Source: Oikopleura dioica (taxonomy: Eukaryota; Animalia; Chordata). From it: DNA of 64,000 nucleotides. The notes under the pieces are model-generated. The model saw nothing but the letters and a program-made list of their open reading frames with translations. It had not been told where the DNA came from and made no database searches. This document shows, one piece after another, positions 60,291 through 64,000 of this stretch. The stretch lies in contig OU015566.1 of the NCBI GenBank assembly GCA_907165135.1, forward strand, positions 2,790,001 to 2,854,000, in the 5' to 3' direction. Position numbers and translations under genes: made by a program. How positions within the stretch are numbered: the first letter of the stretch is position 1; each line of letters begins with the position of its first letter.

Positions 60291-62591
60291 GAAGCTCATG
60301 GAAAGAGCCAAAAGTTTGCTACGAAGAACTTTTGCTGCAATGTTTTTCCGCCGCTTACGAAACCGATGTTGACATTTCTGACATTGGGAACAACACAAGT
60401 TCAAGCGAGGATAATCCGAATAACATGGAGGAACACGACCCACTCACGATCATAATGATGGTCCTTGGCATAAGGAAATCTCGGTCCTTATTTATACGAA
60501 TCTTTTGTTTTTTTAGTCATAAGCGCTTGAAAGTGACCAGGCTGAAAGTGTCAATTTGATTGTTGTGTTAGTCTGGATTCAAGATGAAACAAAATATCGA
60601 ACGTCGAGTTCCTTGCGAACGGGTTCCAATTTTTCAGAGCAAAAAATGAGTTTGTCGGTCAAATACCTTCTTACTAAAAAGAACATACCCTAATAAAATT
60701 TATCGGATATAGATTCTATATTAAAGATCTATCTCATTAATTTCTAATTCGATTGATGGTTCTTGTCGAAAAACTGACATAATCTATTGGAACTCAAAAT
60801 ACAGTTTCTCATCCACATGACTCTTGCAAATATTCTCAGCACTTCTTTGTTTCCTTTTGGGTACTCCGGTTTGCACAATTGTCAATCTTTCAGAAAGACA
60901 ATGAATTTTGTGCGTAAACCGTACTTAAGATCTGGTAATCGGGTAATGGGCGTAGAAGTATGCGGACTGGGGCAACCCGTCAAGTGTGTCTCCTCGATTA
61001 TTTCCATGATGATGGTCACGCTCATGGCTGTTGACAGGTGGCGCTCGATAAAGATGAACCCAGGAATTGGTTCTGTCTTGTTTCTGTTTGTTCCAGACAG
61101 CTTCCGTCTTGCAGACAAATTGCCGTCGTCAAAATCATTGAAAATAACTAGCTTCAAACCTGTTTGATCTCTCGATAATGATCAAAAAACTTATCGAAAA
61201 TGAGACAGGCGAAATGTCTATCAGACAGTCTGCCAGACATAAAACCACAAAAGTCACAACTTGGTCACGAAAAAGCTTCCCACGAAATGTTCACCTTACT
61301 TGCCTTGCCATTTGGCTTGTTGCCTTCTTATCTGCTGCTCCCTTATTTTCTAGAGGTACTTTTTTTAAGCTTCATCACTTGACGTTTTCTAGTTTCGATC
61401 ACATTTGTTAGCGAAAAAGCTAGCTCAAACATGTGCGAATCTTGGAAAGCAGGAGAAGGAGATTGGAACCTCGCAAAAATTCCTGAGATGGACGAGGAGG
61501 AAGTTTGCAATTGCGCGCCATCTAGCGGTGAAAATTTCTATTACTCTGAAATTGAAAAGAAGGAAAAGATCAAAACTATCACGACAGCTGATTGTTTTGT
61601 TTGGGGGATCTGGTCGAATCCGAAAATGCATTATGCAACTTGGAAGCCGCAATTTCCAGATTGCGATTTGAAAAACCAACCAGAAGATCCATGCAAAGAT
61701 AAGATTTGGGAAAAGGGTTTGAAATGCTTTTTGACTTATTTTTTCGAGTAGTCTGCCTCTTTCAACCCAAAGCAGAAAGATATCGATGTTCGCTGCGGTT
61801 GCCCCTCATCTCGGCAGAAGAAAACCCTGTCCTGGTACTTGATGATCATCATGCTCTTCATCCCCGTCATCATCATCACCTGGTGCTACATCAAGATCAT
61901 AAAGAGCGCGAAATTCTTGGCGAAAAAGCTCGGCGAGTCCAGAACCCGGGGTAGAAGCATCGGCAGTACTCCAAAAATGAAGCGACCATCTCCCTGCTCT
62001 AGCGAAAGTGGCTCAACGACGGCGCTTCATTTTGCATCGAGCCAAAATACGATCAGAAAACCGACGATTTCCTCGACAATGCAAAACAATAACCGACAAA
62101 AGCGCATGTCTGAGTTCAACTCAAATCTTAATCTGATGGTTTTTCTTATGGTCGTTGCTGTCGTCGTCTGCTGGCTACCATTTCACGTCTTAAATCTATC
62201 CTGGGCATATGGCCTCCGAGTCAGGTTAAATCATTTTCAAATCGCCTTTCGGTCTGCTAATTATTTTCTTAGAACGGGATTGTGCGAGTTTCTTCAGAGC
62301 GCTGCTCGATTTTTGACTTGGTTTCATCCTCTTGTGAATTGCTTACTGTATTCTTTCATGGGAAAGAAATTTAGGAAGGAACTGAGGCACACGATTTATC
62401 GAGTCAGAACCATGAGAAAAAGAGGAATAGAGAATGACTCTCAATTTCTAAGGTAAAGAATTTTCATGCAGCTGAGGAAAAATCTTCGTGAAATCGATTT
62501 AGAGCAGAATTTTCTTAGAAAAAATGTCTTTTATAGCCTGAAATCATCATTCAACTCTAGAAGACCTTCTGCTTCAAGACTTGTTCTGTAA
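60291..62591 (+). CDS. Class A (rhodopsin-like) GPCR, peptide-receptor-like; 5' end unresolved
   Basis: TM3 MAVDRW, TM4 IWLVAFLSAAP, TM5 FIPVIIITWCY, TM6 VCWLPFH, TM7 HPLVNCLLYSFMGKKFR. Confidence 0.88.
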
Positions 62592-62678
62592 AAAGTTTCA
62601 AAGAAAAAATAGTTTATCCGAATGTACATGGTTCTTTTCATGGTTTTGTTGCTTTTTATTTGCCTAGAGATGATTAAT

Positions 62679-63700
62679 TCAATTTTTGCTGAGCAGAAGC
62701 TTTTCAAGTTCGGGCAGGCTAATGAAAAATTCGATGATGGAGATTTTCCCGTCTTTGTTGTAGTCGGCGTTTTTGTAGAAAAAGTCGACTTTCTAGAAAA
62801 AAAATTGAAAAACGAAAAGATTTTAATGGTGACAAACCTTCATGATATCGTCTTTGGTGAGTCCATATCGATCAGCTCGAGCTTCCAGGAGCTCAACGGT
62901 TTCAATTACTTCGATTTGTTTGTCTGAAAAAGTCTAGTGATTTTTAACTTCTTTCTCGTTTACCTCCATCTTTGTCGATCTTGTTGAAAAAAGCATACAA
63001 ATCGGCCCAAAACTTGACGAATTCTTCTTCATTCAGCTCACCTGGACGAGTTTTGTCGTATTTGAGTTTTGAGATGTAGGTTTTCTTGAATTTTTCCTTG
63101 ATAAAAATTGCAAAAAAATACTCACAAGAGCGGCTGAAAATTCAGCTTCTCGATCACCAGGAGAAACTTCTCCCTTGGCAATCATAGCCTTCGTAATTTC
63201 GTCGACTGTCGCGTAGCCACTTCCGTCTTGGTCGATTGTCTAAATGGGAAGTGGATGAGTTTTCTTGTTCGTAATTTTCGGACCTGGAAAGCGGATTTGA
63301 GCCCAGCGCCGTATTTTTCCCGTGCTGCTTCTCGGCTCTTTTTTCCTTCTTCTTTTGCTTGTTTGATTTCCTGAAATGGAAATTGAAAAATATATTCTTC
63401 AGAATTCAAAAGCTTCCTCCCCAGCACTTCCGGGAATAAGGAAAAAAATCCGTATTTTCGTGAAACCTCAAATTTCTCGGTCTCGCTAGAGCGCCACCGT
63501 GTTGCATAACAACCGCAGACTCCTGCATTTTAACACGGCAGACCTTCTCCCTAAAATTAATTGGAAAAATAAACAATGATTTTTTCTCTTTTGCTTTCGG
63601 TTAAGGATGTACAGGCAATTTCCTTTGAAGCACTGGCTTTTGGGGCTTCGTCTTCCAGCTGGATAGAGAAAATGTCGCCGGAACAGTGGGCGCTTTTTAC
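62679..63700 (-). CDS. EF-hand calcium-binding protein; 5' end unresolved
   Basis: DQDGSGYATVDE, DKDG and DYNKDGKISIIE loops in spliced exons. Confidence 0.75.
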
Positions 63701-64000
63701 ATACAGACAGGAAAAGGGATTCAAGACACTGATGTAATTTCTTATTTTAGCCCTGTAGAAATATGGGTGTCACTAAGAAATCTTTATTTCTGAATGAGGC
63801 TTATATTGTAATTTATCGTTTTCTCATAAAAAAATTGACAAATCGGATTATTGTCATCAAAAAATCTAGGTTTATTAGGGCCGGCCTCGAATCGGAGCAG
63901 AAAATTGTTGAATACATCTTACTATTCATCGTAAAAATGCCAAAATGGTACCCCCAAAATCAAGTTCCCAGCGCTAACCTCGTTAACTTCTTCGTTTTCT

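Noticed and set aside
1-64000. tRNA, rRNA or SL RNA genes
   Set aside because: None recognised by eye. A tRNAscan/Infernal run would be needed to exclude them.

Overview
Compact, intron-rich animal genomic DNA with many ~42-47 nt GT-AG introns and secreted SMB/CUB proteins. It is most likely the larvacean tunicate Oikopleura; this is inferred from gene architecture, not from a search. Host genes include an alpha-1,3-fucosyltransferase, secreted SMB/CUB paralogs, sphingosine-1-phosphate lyase with a nested antisense gene, a class-3 lipase, an SLC17 transporter, a RING protein, 5-oxoprolinase, a class A GPCR and an EF-hand protein. Many MITEs and a 3.76-kb hAT-type element carrying a decayed cargo gene are interspersed. 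The main discovery is a 17.3-kb tyrosine-recombinase retrotransposon (25009-42337) with split direct repeats (A1...B1A2...B2) and TAA junctions. It encodes RT-RNaseH-methyltransferase and a tyrosine recombinase plus about seven additional genes. Several of these genes have short spliceosomal introns, and six ORFs start at an identical splice-acceptor-like YAG|AATG context, suggesting an operon-like or alternatively spliced transcript. The palindrome CTNAG is about 4-5-fold enriched wherever the element was counted. All counts and splice models were made by eye and need computational confirmation.
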